From Flectonema sp. DT1601 (taxonomy: Eukaryota), in NCBI GenBank assembly GCA_964019425.1, contig OZ025786.1:620001-684000 (forward strand): DNA of 64,000 bases, in the 5' to 3' direction. Shown piece after piece: positions 1 through 11,850 of the stretch; within the stretch, counting starts at the first letter, position 1; each line of letters begins with the position of its first letter. The position numbers and the translations under genes were made by a program. The notes beneath the pieces are model-generated. The model was not told the origin of the DNA, did no database searches, and saw nothing but the letters and a program-made list of their open reading frames with translations.

Positions 1-1
1 C

Positions 2-683
2 ACGTCGTGGACTCTCAAAAGAAAAGCAGCGAAGATAAAAAATCAACTCAAAGAACAAGAACAGCAGGAATGCGCAAATGGAACACTTCCTTCGGTACAA
101 AGTCTTCCTTTTGATGATCCAAACATCCCGGAATGGAATGAACTCGTCAGACCTCTCGTCGGGTCTTCGTTTACTCTTCTTCAAGCGAGAGGTATACTTT
201 CAGCTATTTTATTCTTGTTGGGACGAGGTGCTCAAAAAGTACCACTTGCCTGTAAGCAAATCCAATCCATTAAAGAAACAACAAACGACAACACCAAAGG
301 GAAAAAGACTAACTGGCCTGATGAACTCGTATGTACATTTGAAAATAATATAATTCGATTTTTAATTTCTACTCTTTGAATTGTCAAAAAGAAAAGTTAC
401 AAACAAATCGAAACAGTCATCAGAAGGAGACATGGAAGAACTACCCAGTGAGTTCCCTGTGAAAGGTGAAACTGAATACGACAATGATGATGTTTTTATT
501 CAGACTGAAGGCGCTTCTATTTCTGGAAATGAATTAACAAATATCGAATCTCGTCTTCGTACTCTTGAAGTCTCTGTGTCTCCTCAACATAGTGTACAGC
601 AGTCGATGAATATTTTAATTTCTCGAATGAGTGCGCTAGAAGCGCTTCTACAACAGCGATTACCAATATCGTCTTTTCGATAG
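2..683 (+). CDS. 3' part of a spliced hypothetical protein (exon <2-328, intron 329-416, exon 417-683)
   Basis: Frame 2 is open from the window start (TSWTLKRKAAKIKNQLKEQ...WPDEL). A GTATGT donor at 329 and an AAACAG acceptor ending at 416 join it in phase 0 to the 381..683 ORF frame (SSEGDMEELP...), which ends in a short coiled-coil. Confidence 0.6.
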
Positions 684-1195
684 CTGGAAAATCTGAATGC
701 TGTGGTTTTCGTTAAAACGAGCATCATTGATGAGTGAACTGTGAAGTCAAGCTTTGACTAACTGCTTCGGAAACGGTTCTAAATAATTTTAAATCTGTCT
801 TGCTTGCTTACTCTTTTCAGAGTTGATTTCAAGTACGAGATTCGATTTATTTAAAATAACTTTTCATAAAATAAAAACAACCAAAAAAAAACACTAGAAT
901 TCAACACCATTTTTATTATTGCTTTTAATGAGCTCAACAAACCAAAAAGGGACAAAATTAAGAGTTGAAAAATACGTATCATCTCTCAAAATTAGAACTC
1001 TACAGAAAGATTTTATTTACACAGCTGACTCAGCTTTCAAGTTGTGAACTGTTTCTGCAGGCTATCTGATAGTTACTTTTACACACAGGCTTCACAATGA
1101 ATACAGATAATTGATAAGGGAAACAGTTATGAGTAATCCTAGCTACTTTTTATTGAATTAATGAACAACTTCAACACACCATCAGATAACATAAA

Positions 1196-4100
1196 ATGAT
1201 TCGCACAGCGCTGCTCTCAGTAGCGATGGCTGCCGCAGGTGCGGCAGCAGAGGAGCCGCTCTTCAGCATGTCTTGCAGTGGAAGAGTTGATGTATTCCCT
1301 GGACTCCCTTACGGACTTACTGCTGACGTAAGTAATCAGCGAATGATCGCAAATAAGATGTTCGAGACCGCGAGAGACAGAGTTCGTTGCCACTGCCCAG
1401 AGTTGTCGGATGAGCAGTTTCTCGATCGCTTCTCACCTGCCAGGATTGTGTTCAATCTGCTCGGAGGAAGAGAAGAAACTAAATTAGATGACATCCCATG
1501 TCTTGATGAAGCTGATACTTACACTCGTGATCTTCACAAGTACTTAAAGGGTCTGTTACTAGGATCTGAGATCACTCTGCCAGAAACTTGCACGAGAGCA
1601 GATTTCATTGGAGAGAAGGGATGCAGATTTGAGATTGACACCACACAAGAAGTTGGAGTTAATCTTCGATTTGTCACCACAGAGTGTGCAGATGGTCCAG
1701 TTCCAGCAGGAGCTATTTATTGCGCAGGTGAGGGCTGTTCAACTCTGTTGCAGCCATGTAGTGAAGGATGCGCTAAAGGTCAGGTTTGCTCTGATGGAGA
1801 CCTGATCAACAGACTTCTTGGAATAAGTGGAGAGGAAACCACCGAACTAACTGGTCTCCAAACCATCATCGACAGCGCAGCAAGCTTCTTTGGCATCAAC
1901 GCGACCGCTTCTGTTGAGCACCTCTACCGTCTTATTGACGGAGACTTTGACAGTGAAAGGACTCTCGATGACTGTGAGGATGCTTTCAAAGCTTTTCCGT
2001 ATGACCTCGTTAGAAACTTTGTCAGAAAATTGGGATCTGCTTTTGGTAAGTCCTCAGGAATCTGCTTTCCAGATGAATGGCAGGGTGTCACTCGCTTAAT
2101 TGACCAATACGCTGTAAGATGGGAACAGATGTCTGGTCTTCCTCGAAGAGATGTCTGCAGTCCATTGAAGCCACGTACAGACTCTGACTTCAACTGGAGA
2201 AGAGGACAAATCGTATCCGAGGGAATGCAATCAGGAGGAGGATGGTGTACAGGATTCAATGATTGCAACTTTCACGTGAATGCAGGAGATTGCGAATCGA
2301 ATGATGATTTTGAATACTTTATGGCTAAGCTTTACTGCAAATACAAGCAGAAGGAAGGTTGCCAGGCTTACTCCCCATATTGCTACTGGAGCTTCAATGA
2401 GCCAGGTAAGTATAAGTGTAAGTTCAACTACACTACACAAAATGATGGAATCTTAAATAACGAATGGTTAACAAATGGACTTACTTGCTCAGACATGGAA
2501 GGACTTGCCGATGCCTGTATGGCAGCACAACAGCCTGACGTAAACTGCGAAAACGAGTACTGCGTTTGTGGTGGAGGAGTTTGGAATGCAGAGGATGAAA
2601 CTTGTGAAGAAGTAGCAGAAGAGGACCGCAAGGGCTGCCCTGACATGGTTCAGTGTTACGGAGCTTTGAACCAATGTTATGAAAAGCTAGGTGAGAACAG
2701 CGTTTACATGAAAACTGTTAATGAATGCGAGCGATTCTTTATGTGCAGATGTAAGGAGGAGTCTCAGAAATATGGATGCGACTCCCAGAACTTCTGCGGA
2801 CGTCGTTGCGCCTGTATGTACACCGAAAAGGATCGTTTCGTTGGACCGCACTGCGATCTTCGTCTCGTTAGAGGAAATGCTCCAACTCTTCTTTCATATG
2901 ATGAGTCTGATGAGAGAGGAGCTCCAATCCTCTCGTGGGAAGACAGCACTGCTGCCAACAAGCTTCGCACTGCTAAAGTTCCTAAAAACTTAGAAATCCC
3001 TTCCCGTACGGAAGCGACTGAACCACTGTTCGTATCCTCATGTGACGGACGCTTTTGGTTGTTCCCGAGTTCAAACGGAGGTTTTTCCTTCCAAGTAAGA
3101 GGGCTCGACGCACTTCTCGACTCCTTCTCAGTTAGCGCACTTCGTTCGTTCCGTTGCGCCATTGACAACGTCTCTGATGATGACAACGTTGCCCTCCAGC
3201 AACTTGCTCAGGCTTACTTCGTACACACGCCGCAGATTTATATCTCGCAGTTCTTGAAGGGGAAGACAGGTTTCGCAGAGAAAGGAACTCTCGCTGACTT
3301 CATCTTCAACTCAACTGGTGAGTCACAAGTTTACGACCTCAGCCTTGAGGATGTTGCTAACACTGCTTACCTTTCACATGGTGCAAGTTCTATGGACATC
3401 CATGGTGCTGGTTGGGCACCTCACCTTTCGGGATGGTTTTACAACGGATTGATTTCATTGCAGACAGCATTCTCTCACACTTTAAAGGGACTCGGTTACG
3501 TTGCAACAGAAAGCTGGTACTACCCGCTCATCAAATTGCAGGAAATGCAAAACGAAGATGAGCGCAATGCTAAAGTCCGCGAGATTCTTGAGGAGCGCAA
3601 GGAATTTTTAATGGCCCAACAGCAGGAACTTTCTGGATTCAAATGGCCTGGTCAGGTTAAGGTTAACAAAGTGAGTGATGATAAGATTGGAGCAAGTGTT
3701 AAGCTTCCTTCTGGACAGGCTGACTTCTTCTTCGGTCAGTGTCCAACCAACGGATTGGCTGAGATTCAGGTTGGTGTTGGAGGACGAATTGCAGACTTGT
3801 TGCACATGCGCCAGTTCTGTGGAACTAGTGAAGCTTGTGAAGGAGAATCTACTTGTCAATTGTTCCGCTACTCACTCTTTGAAACCCCAATTTATGGAGC
3901 AGACTTTATGGGTGGCTTTTTGTGGGGAGGAAACTTCACAAAGGTATGTAGTTCTGTTCCCAAATGAAAACTATTTAATCGCCGTCATCCTTTACAAAAA
4001 CCAACTCAGGGAGAAAAGGGAGGCTGTAAGATTCTATCCACCACCATCAACCAAATGGACTTCTCAACAGTTGATGAAAAGTGTCTTGGAGTACAGAAGT

Positions 4101-4400
4101 GGGCAGAAGACTTGGTATGCACATTGACTGATTACAGTAACGTTTATTATTTTATTAACGAATCGTAACCAACATAAACACCAACAGGGAGGTGTCTTCA
4201 CTGAAGTTTCAGGAGCAGCTGTTGAATTCGATCACATGATTGGATTCTGTTACTACTCAAAGAACGATATTCTTAATGAGGTCTTCGCTTTATCAAGTGA
4301 CCCATCTTCGGTTATTGATCTCAGCAGTGCTACAGTTCTTGAGAAAGCGCCTTACAATATGAAGGCTTCCAAGTCTTCCTCCCACGAAGACGAGCTGTAA
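1196..4400 (+). CDS. Large Cys-rich secretory-pathway protein with an internal duplication and a C-terminal HEDEL (exons 1196-3943, 4010-4114, 4188-4400)
   Basis: N-terminal signal peptide (MIRTALLSVAMAAAGAAA) and many Cys clusters. GT-AG introns 3944-4009 and 4115-4187 keep the frame, and the spliced product ends KSSSHEDEL-stop (TAA 4398-4400). Confidence 0.85.
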
Positions 4401-4818
4401 GACAACACAGCAACGGGGTGAGAAATGCAACAAGAAGATTGCCGAGAGTAGTACCCGCCCGATATCATTTGGATTTTAGTATTTAATTTCATCCGCACTT
4501 ATTAGTTGTTTTGTAAAGAGAGAGGAAACAAAAAAAAATCCAACAAAAGGTACTTGGTAACGACGTGAAAAAGAACAGAAGAAACACACGAAAGGTGGAC
4601 GTGTTCATTTTTTTTTTGCTGCGCAAAGTAAATAAAGTAAATATTCCGTAATCCATTTTGTGGCTTCTCCTAACTGAGCACATTCTTTGCAACAGAAAAA
4701 AGTAGTTTGTGTTGTATCTTCCATGTCTTGTGTAGGCATACTTTCTTTATGAGTTCTGAATGCTTGTGCGACATAGGTATTCGGTGAGATTTTCATTCCA
4801 TATTTCAAGAGAAAAAAG

Positions 4819-4849
<31 letters not shown>

Positions 4850-5722
4850 TTGCTATTTTATAACATGTCCTTACATAAGGTTGGGTATTGTTCATGGTAA
4901 TTGAGGATTATAAGGGAGGCTTTTTCTTTTTTTCTCTTTTATTTCCCTTTTTCAAAAGCTCCTTGCCTCTTCCCCTTGCAATTGCAGTCAGAAACGTTGA
5001 TTGTATTGCACGGAAATGTTCATAATTTCTTACAGAGGGATACAGCATGTTGTTTTAATTAGTTGTGAAAGCGCTACACGGGAGTGTATCACATTCGTAC
5101 ATGATTGCTCCCCTCTCCACTATATTTTGTTTTCATTTTTTGACGTTGGGAACACTACTTTGATTAGTATTTCAGTATCCCGTTTGTTCCCTCCCCCCTG
5201 TACTCCCCGCACCCCATTTCCTTTCTTTTTGTCTTTTTCTCCCTCGATATTGTGTGAAAGGAAGTGAATGAGCGTTCTTTCAAAAAAAAAAAAAAAGAAG
5301 GCAAAAAAAAAAAAAAAAAAAAGGAGGGGAAAATAAAAGGAAAATAAAAGAAGAAGAAAAACTCTTTCGTTTACGACTATGAAAACGACGATTGTTAAGC
5401 CACAGGTCCCCGTTCGCATTCTGCAGGAAAGTGGCAAAGCAGCTGAATCAGCTTCCACTCCAGTGTTCGCATCTTCACAGTAAGTGGTCAGATGCCAAAA
5501 AGAAAACAAAAAAGAAACAGAGGGGTGGCTTCCACCACTTCCATTTATATAACACTGGAAGCTTCATTATTGTATTGTGATTCTCACTTTGCTTTATTTT
5601 ATCTCTTGCAGCCTGATTACCTTTTGAGATGTCATCCGAACGTTGAGGAAAGCTGCTCTCTTTTAAGTGATTCTCATTTCATATTTCAGCAAATCGATAA
5701 AATAGGCGACACACAATAAATA

Positions 5723-8700
5723 ATGACGTTAGCAATCACAGCCAGTCTCGTATTGGCTGTGTGGCCAATTAATATTGATCCGTTTTATATTGGACCTGTT
5801 CCACCAACGATTACTATTGATGAGAATGATTCACCGTCGACACTAACGTACCCGGCATTCGCGTCGGGAATATTTACAGAAGCAGGTATTGGAGCTAATG
5901 TTTATACCTGGGGGATGAATAGGCAGCAGAGATTCTTTTTTGATATCGAAATCACAGATCAGGCACCTGCTTTGCCACACGTTCTGTTTGATTCTTATCC
6001 AACAATGTCTCCAGCTTCCGGAACATGTCGCGCAGTTGTAGTGTCAGGTGTTCCGACAGTTGAACTGTGCACACCTGTCTTATCAAATCTTCAGTTTAAA
6101 ATGCTTCCAGAAGTTTCTGGTTGGGTTGATTTAGACTTAATTATCCGTGATGACTACGGTGGTGAGTACCGTCGTCCATTTCGTATTAACATCCTCGAAA
6201 AGAATGACCCGAGTTCTTTCGAACTGTTCCCAAATGGAAGAAGGAGAATAGAAGTTTATGAAGACTCTTGTAATGAAATAAGTGGATTTGTTTATAGCCA
6301 TGACCAGGGTGGTCCTTGGGAACACTTTGGTGGTGAGAGATTAGAATATCAACTTTTCCCATCAACACCATATAATTATGCAACCACTGGTATACTTGAT
6401 ATCTTTCAGGGGAACTTGAACCCTGGAATTTGCGACCATTCGATGGGATCAGCGTATGGGGCTTGTGAAACAACTCCAAAACTTGGAAGGGGAGCTGGAC
6501 ACACCGGGTTGACGGTGTCTTACCCGGCGGGAACTCTCTCCTTTTGTATGGCTCAAGATGCCGTAGATACTGTTGACATTGCAATGCATTGTATTGATTA
6601 TTGCACTCCTGGGCAAAGTTTAATTCCAGACATGGTCGCACGTAATTGGCCCTGTACTATTGACGCTGGGACATACTGTCCTCAACACCAATTTGAAATT
6701 GCTGTTCTTCCTGTTAACGATCCACCTGGTAGGTGTCCTGATCCACAGCGCCGGTCTATAACTGTTTCGGAATGCACAGAAATAGGAAATACAAACACTG
6801 GAGGATGTCCTCACAGTATTTATTTATATCCAACTTCAGGTAATGGATGGATGACACCAGGAGGAGGTCCAGATGAGAGAACACAGAGAGTCCATGTTGA
6901 AGTAACAGAAAAGGAGCCGAATATCTACGAAGAGCGGCCAGAGTTTGACGAAGCTACCGGCAGGTTGACTTTCAAGTTGAAGACTTTCGCAAATACTTTC
7001 GACAACAAAGACACAATTACTTTATCATTTCATGATGACGGTGGTGTTAACTATCAGTGGTGTTCTGGTCATTCTGGACCGGTATGTCCTTTCGGAGAGG
7101 ATGCTCGTTATTGCCCAATTTTGTTAACAATAACAGCTGTCAATGAACCCCCTCTGTGGGATAAAGGATCCGATCCATTCATTTGGGAAGATGATCCTCT
7201 TCTTAGAATAGCCGGGTTTGCTAGTAAGATAAGTGCTGGAATAGATCCTAACGAACAGGGTCAAAAACTAACCTTCTCTTGCAGAACTAATGACTCTTCT
7301 CTTGTTGATGTTCTTCCAAAGATCGAATCGCCATCTGGTGATTTGGAGTTCAAACCTGCTGAGAATCAGTTCGGTGTTTTGGAAGTCACCTGCGGACTCA
7401 GCGACCAAGTTGACGTCACGGAAAAGACTTTTTTAATTCACGTTCAACCAGTGAATGATTGCCCGTCATTTAACGTAACTCAATCCAGAGTTTATTGTGA
7501 AGAAGGATCCTCATTTAGTGAAGTGGTTGGCATGCCGTTTGCTGGTGCGGCAAACGAAGCTTCGCAGACTTTTAGTTATCGAATATGGTTACATCCTAGA
7601 TTCGGACTTGGAGAGATCTTTAACGAACACCCATCTGTGGACGAAAACTCTGTATTACGTTTCTCATGTCTGGAGGGTAAACAAGGAAGCACAACAATCA
7701 GGGCAACTGTAACAGATTCTGGTCAGCCAAGTTCAATTCCTCCTCATTGTAATGAAGGTCAGGCAGTTGATTTAACTCTAGTCTGTGTGGCACATAATAA
7801 TCCTCCGTCATTTGAGATAATTGAAGATGTCGTAGTTTGGCGTAATGAAGGATTAATTCAATTAGATCGTCACGCAATAAAAATTGACAAAGGAAGTCCT
7901 CTTGAAGGTCATCAGACACTTCGATTCGAGCTCACAGACTACGACACGTCGCTGTTTGTTTCAAACTCACTTGTGATTGATCCGTTCACTGGGAAATTAA
8001 CATTCACCACAGCGCAAGATAAAATCGGAACTACATTAGTAACTGCTAAACTGTACGATGATGGTGATGCTCCGTGGAATGTTTCTCCACCTGTTGTGTT
8101 TCGCATAACAATTAAACCAGAAACATCACCTACTTTCACCGCAGGGGAGACTATCTATATCGCAGAAGACACTCTTTCTCTCAATCAGTTGTGGGCAACA
8201 GAAATTAATGCTGGAGGACTGTTACCTTATCACTTCGAAGTTGATCCTACCTGTCAAAATGATTCTTTACTCAGCACTCCGCTAACTGTGACGAAGGATG
8301 TCGGAACTGGTGGTATTCTGAACGTCGCTGGGATTGTCACGGATGCCAACGGAAAGATTTCCTGCCCTGTTTGCATAGTTAACAGCGACAACTCAACTTG
8401 CGAAGATCTCAACATCGTTATTTATAAAGTGAACGACCCTCCAATATTTACAATACTACAACCCGATGTTACAATACAAGAAGACGCTGGTAACATTATC
8501 GTGAATAATGTAATTGGTGGAGCTGTTGCTGGTCCCTTAGACGAGCAACTGAGTCAGAAAATTGATTTCGTCGTTCACGTCATTAGCAGTGGTGGTGACG
8601 CTCACGGTCAACATTTACTACTGTCACCTCCAACGGTCATAAATAGTAGTCACTTGTTAATACATCCGGCATCTGATGCTTGGGGTGAAACAACACTTAT

Positions 8701-10582
8701 AATAAATTGTACTGACTATTCCCTCGGCAGTAAATCATTATCAACTACTCACACAGTTCATTTAACAGTCGCATCAGTAAACGATCCACCGATCTTTACA
8801 CCTGGTGATAATATTAGTATTAATGCTGTTAATGGGAATGTTATATTGAAGTGGGCGTCAGACATTTCAGCTGGAGCGGAAGATGAACAGCACACACAGA
8901 CTTTGACATTTCTGCTGACGCCAATCTCAGTAGAGTCTCTCGACAGCAGTGTTTCTGTTTCTAACTTGTCTGCGTTGTTTGTTACGGATCCTCACCTGAG
9001 CTCTGATGGTACTCTTCAGATCAAACCCACGGCAACTGCGATCGGAGATGTTGTTTTCAAAGTCGTTCTTAGCGATGACGGCTCTCCAGTTGCGAGTTCT
9101 GATGCGGCGTATTTAAAAGTTTCGTTATCAAGACCAGAAGTGTACACACCTCCTTCCTGGACTGGAGATGTGAAGCCTAATAAAATAATTGGTGTTATTG
9201 AAGACTCTGATTCGTATCAAAACATGTCGTGGGGTAGTCTGGATATGCCACCCTCGAAGTACAACAGTTTATTTATAATTAAATTAGTAAGCGGTGGTAG
9301 TTTACTTATAGGATCTCCAACAATATCTGAAGTTGGTAGCAGATTGTCAAATGGTACGCAGACTGTCGGACTTTCATTTTCTGTTGGTCCGAATCGATTT
9401 GGTGATGTTCACTTTGAATTTATAATAAAAGACGACAAGTCAGAATCTAATCCTTTTGTCTTCACTATTCGAATTACTCCCGTAAATGATCCACCGAGTT
9501 TCACAGTTATGGAGAAGAGCCGAGTGTTGCATATCGAAAGTCCTTCAGAAACGATTGTCAGCAGAATACCTTGGGCAGTACCAGAGCTATCCACAGCTGG
9601 TCCATTTGAAGATAGCGTTCAGTCAATTGAATTCATCACAAATGACACTGGTATTGAAGTTGGTATATTTGATAAAGGAGGTGTTTCTGTTGACAAGGAA
9701 GACGGAACTATTTCCTTTACTGTCAAAGCGAATTCTGAAGGAATTGCGGTGGCTTCAACTTACGCAAGAGACAACGGGGGTCTTGTTGAAGGAGGTATTG
9801 GAAGTCCTTTACAAACTGATCCGATTGCTACGGTGATTAGAGTCACCACGAGTAAAGTTTCTATTACCACAACTCTTCCTAAATCACTTTCTGACTGGAA
9901 CAGTTTAGCATCTTCCAGTTCAACCGCCAGTCCAGTGGAAATCACTGCGAAGGAAGCCGAGATCACTGCTCTTGAACAGAGCCTTCTTTTAGATCCGACA
10001 AATATCGCTCTTAAGAATCAGCTTCAGACCGAAAAGGGGAAGCTCGCTTCATTGAAGGGTGAATCTGTTCCACTGAAAGCCGACGGTGGTGTGCTGCCGG
10101 TCGCTCAGGAGAATGGGTTTGTTTCAACTTTCAGAAAGAACATCAGCAACGCTCTTAATATCGAAGAGAATGATATCGCAATTGAGAAGGTTATCGAGTC
10201 ACCTTCTGGGGCTGTTGTCGTCTGGTCGACTACAAACACAACGACTGCAACATTTATGAGTGAAAAGGGAAATGTTACGAATGGCTATTACATCAATTCT
10301 ACTATTCCAATTCTTCCAACGTTGACTCCTTTCGTTGCACTTCCTCCTCCTCCATCAGATCCGCTGTTCTCAGACTTAGAACTCGCTCTACTTATTATAG
10401 GTTGTGTTTTAGCAGTCATCCTCATCGCTGCTGCTATTTGGAAATATCGATCATCTCCTTCGAACATTAAATCTAAACCAGAAGAACGAGAACTAGAGAA
10501 CCGATCAAAGCAACAAAACGAGTTGCAGAAAGAAAGTGTTTCTGACGAAGGTATCACTCTGTCGATTGAATCTGACATGTAA
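5723..10582 (+). CDS. Type I membrane adhesin-like protein with about 10 cadherin-like/bacterial Ig-like repeats
   Basis: 1619-aa intronless ORF with recurrent VND(P/C)PxF / VNEPP linkers, ED-x(6-9)-WA and AGxxDE-xQ motifs, a hydrophobic N-terminus, one TM helix (LALLIIGCVLAVILIAAAIW) and a short cytoplasmic tail. Confidence 0.85.
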   Translation: MTLAITASLVLAVWPINIDPFYIGPVPPTITIDENDSPSTLTYPAFASGIFTEAGIGANVYTWGMNRQQRFFFDIEITDQAPALPHVLFDSYPTMSPASGTCRAVVVSGVPTVELCTPVLSNLQFKMLPEVSGWVDLDLIIRDDYGGEYRRPFRINILEKNDPSSFELFPNGRRRIEVYEDSCNEISGFVYSHDQGGPWEHFGGERLEYQLFPSTPYNYATTGILDIFQGNLNPGICDHSMGSAYGACETTPKLGRGAGHTGLTVSYPAGTLSFCMAQDAVDTVDIAMHCIDYCTPGQSLIPDMVARNWPCTIDAGTYCPQHQFEIAVLPVNDPPGRCPDPQRRSITVSECTEIGNTNTGGCPHSIYLYPTSGNGWMTPGGGPDERTQRVHVEVTEKEPNIYEERPEFDEATGRLTFKLKTFANTFDNKDTITLSFHDDGGVNYQWCSGHSGPVCPFGEDARYCPILLTITAVNEPPLWDKGSDPFIWEDDPLLRIAGFASKISAGIDPNEQGQKLTFSCRTNDSSLVDVLPKIESPSGDLEFKPAENQFGVLEVTCGLSDQVDVTEKTFLIHVQPVNDCPSFNVTQSRVYCEEGSSFSEVVGMPFAGAANEASQTFSYRIWLHPRFGLGEIFNEHPSVDENSVLRFSCLEGKQGSTTIRATVTDSGQPSSIPPHCNEGQAVDLTLVCVAHNNPPSFEIIEDVVVWRNEGLIQLDRHAIKIDKGSPLEGHQTLRFELTDYDTSLFVSNSLVIDPFTGKLTFTTAQDKIGTTLVTAKLYDDGDAPWNVSPPVVFRITIKPETSPTFTAGETIYIAEDTLSLNQLWATEINAGGLLPYHFEVDPTCQNDSLLSTPLTVTKDVGTGGILNVAGIVTDANGKISCPVCIVNSDNSTCEDLNIVIYKVNDPPIFTILQPDVTIQEDAGNIIVNNVIGGAVAGPLDEQLSQKIDFVVHVISSGGDAHGQHLLLSPPTVINSSHLLIHPASDAWGETTLIINCTDYSLGSKSLSTTHTVHLTVASVNDPPIFTPGDNISINAVNGNVILKWASDISAGAEDEQHTQTLTFLLTPISVESLDSSVSVSNLSALFVTDPHLSSDGTLQIKPTATAIGDVVFKVVLSDDGSPVASSDAAYLKVSLSRPEVYTPPSWTGDVKPNKIIGVIEDSDSYQNMSWGSLDMPPSKYNSLFIIKLVSGGSLLIGSPTISEVGSRLSNGTQTVGLSFSVGPNRFGDVHFEFIIKDDKSESNPFVFTIRITPVNDPPSFTVMEKSRVLHIESPSETIVSRIPWAVPELSTAGPFEDSVQSIEFITNDTGIEVGIFDKGGVSVDKEDGTISFTVKANSEGIAVASTYARDNGGLVEGGIGSPLQTDPIATVIRVTTSKVSITTTLPKSLSDWNSLASSSSTASPVEITAKEAEITALEQSLLLDPTNIALKNQLQTEKGKLASLKGESVPLKADGGVLPVAQENGFVSTFRKNISNALNIEENDIAIEKVIESPSGAVVVWSTTNTTTATFMSEKGNVTNGYYINSTIPILPTLTPFVALPPPPSDPLFSDLELALLIIGCVLAVILIAAAIWKYRSSPSNIKSKPEERELENRSKQQNELQKESVSDEGITLSIESDM

Positions 10583-11850
10583 TACTCTCTTGGTACTTTA
10601 TGCTGGTAAACAACTTTTTTATTTATCACCCGAGCAAACTAAAGCGATTATCTTGTCCTTCGCCCTAGGTGATGATCATCATCAGACTGACTGCTGAATG
10701 TTTTGTCAACAAGTGACACACATTGTTATTTATTATTAAGGTAATGATTTAATTACTTAAAACGTAGAAGGAAACATACTCTTCCTTTATGGGGCGATGA
10801 CAGCCGAATAAGAAACACAGTTATCGTTTCTAATAAAGGTGCAGTTCAAATCGCTGTTTGTGAAACGAGTGGACTTTTTTTTTTTTTCAGTCTTTTTTTT
10901 TCAGTATTTTCAGTTTCGTCAATTATTTAGCCTTGTGCGGCGTGCATATTGTTTTTTTTTTTTTTGTATTGTTGTTGTTGTAATCGACCACCTGTTGGAG
11001 GTTGGAATAAATTTGATACGTGCTCCTTATTAGATTAAGAAATCGTTTGAGGGATTTATGTTTCAGTTTTACAGAGCAGACGTAACTCTAACACAGAAGT
11101 AATCGTCAACTCTTTGCGACCAATCATTTCATTATTTTAATGACTGGGTTTATTTCATTTTCTTATTAACCAATAGTCACTAAGTTGTAACAACACTTTA
11201 TCACATTGAAACGGCAGTATTTTGGGGAAAACCAACACAACATCTGAAACAATAAAAGACGAATAGTCAAGTATTTCAAATAACGAAATACCCAAAGACG
11301 ATAGAGTCATATTTTCAGGTATTTGTTGAGGTGACTAATTCAGGTGGCGTTATAAAACGCTTATATATTCGCAGTCACTTTCTCTCAACATCATGCACCG
11401 CCCTTTTGCTGTGGGCAGTGATTTTTTCCCTTTTACTTTATTTTTTTTTTGGTTTTGATCTGTTTTTGGTACTTTCGCTTAGTCCCCCCTTCCCCGGTTG
11501 GTTTCTTCTTTTGCGCTGTTAATCTGGAAATGATACGAATTGCTGTCCATTCCATCATCGACATTGATATCGAAATTACTTCGATTAGATTGCGGGAGTT
11601 CTTGCGGCGCTCGCTATGTTTTTTTTTCTTTTCTTTTTTTTCTTTCTTTTCCTTTTTTATTTGGTGAATTGAAGTTATCGAATCGCAACATTCTTTTTTT
11701 TTGTGCGCCATCAAATTAATTACCAATTAACCAACTATTCCTCTTTATCACAGCAACAAATTGAAATAGACTGGAGAGGACAATAATAGATTTTATTTAG
11801 TTTATAACATTAATTCTTTATCTAAAACAGCAAACAAGAAAACGAGGGCT

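Noticed and set aside
4489..5719. Phe- or Lys-rich short ORFs here and at 10.8-11.7, 43.3-45.7 and 49.9-52.6 kb
   Set aside because: They are translations of poly-T/poly-A tracts in UTR or intergenic DNA.
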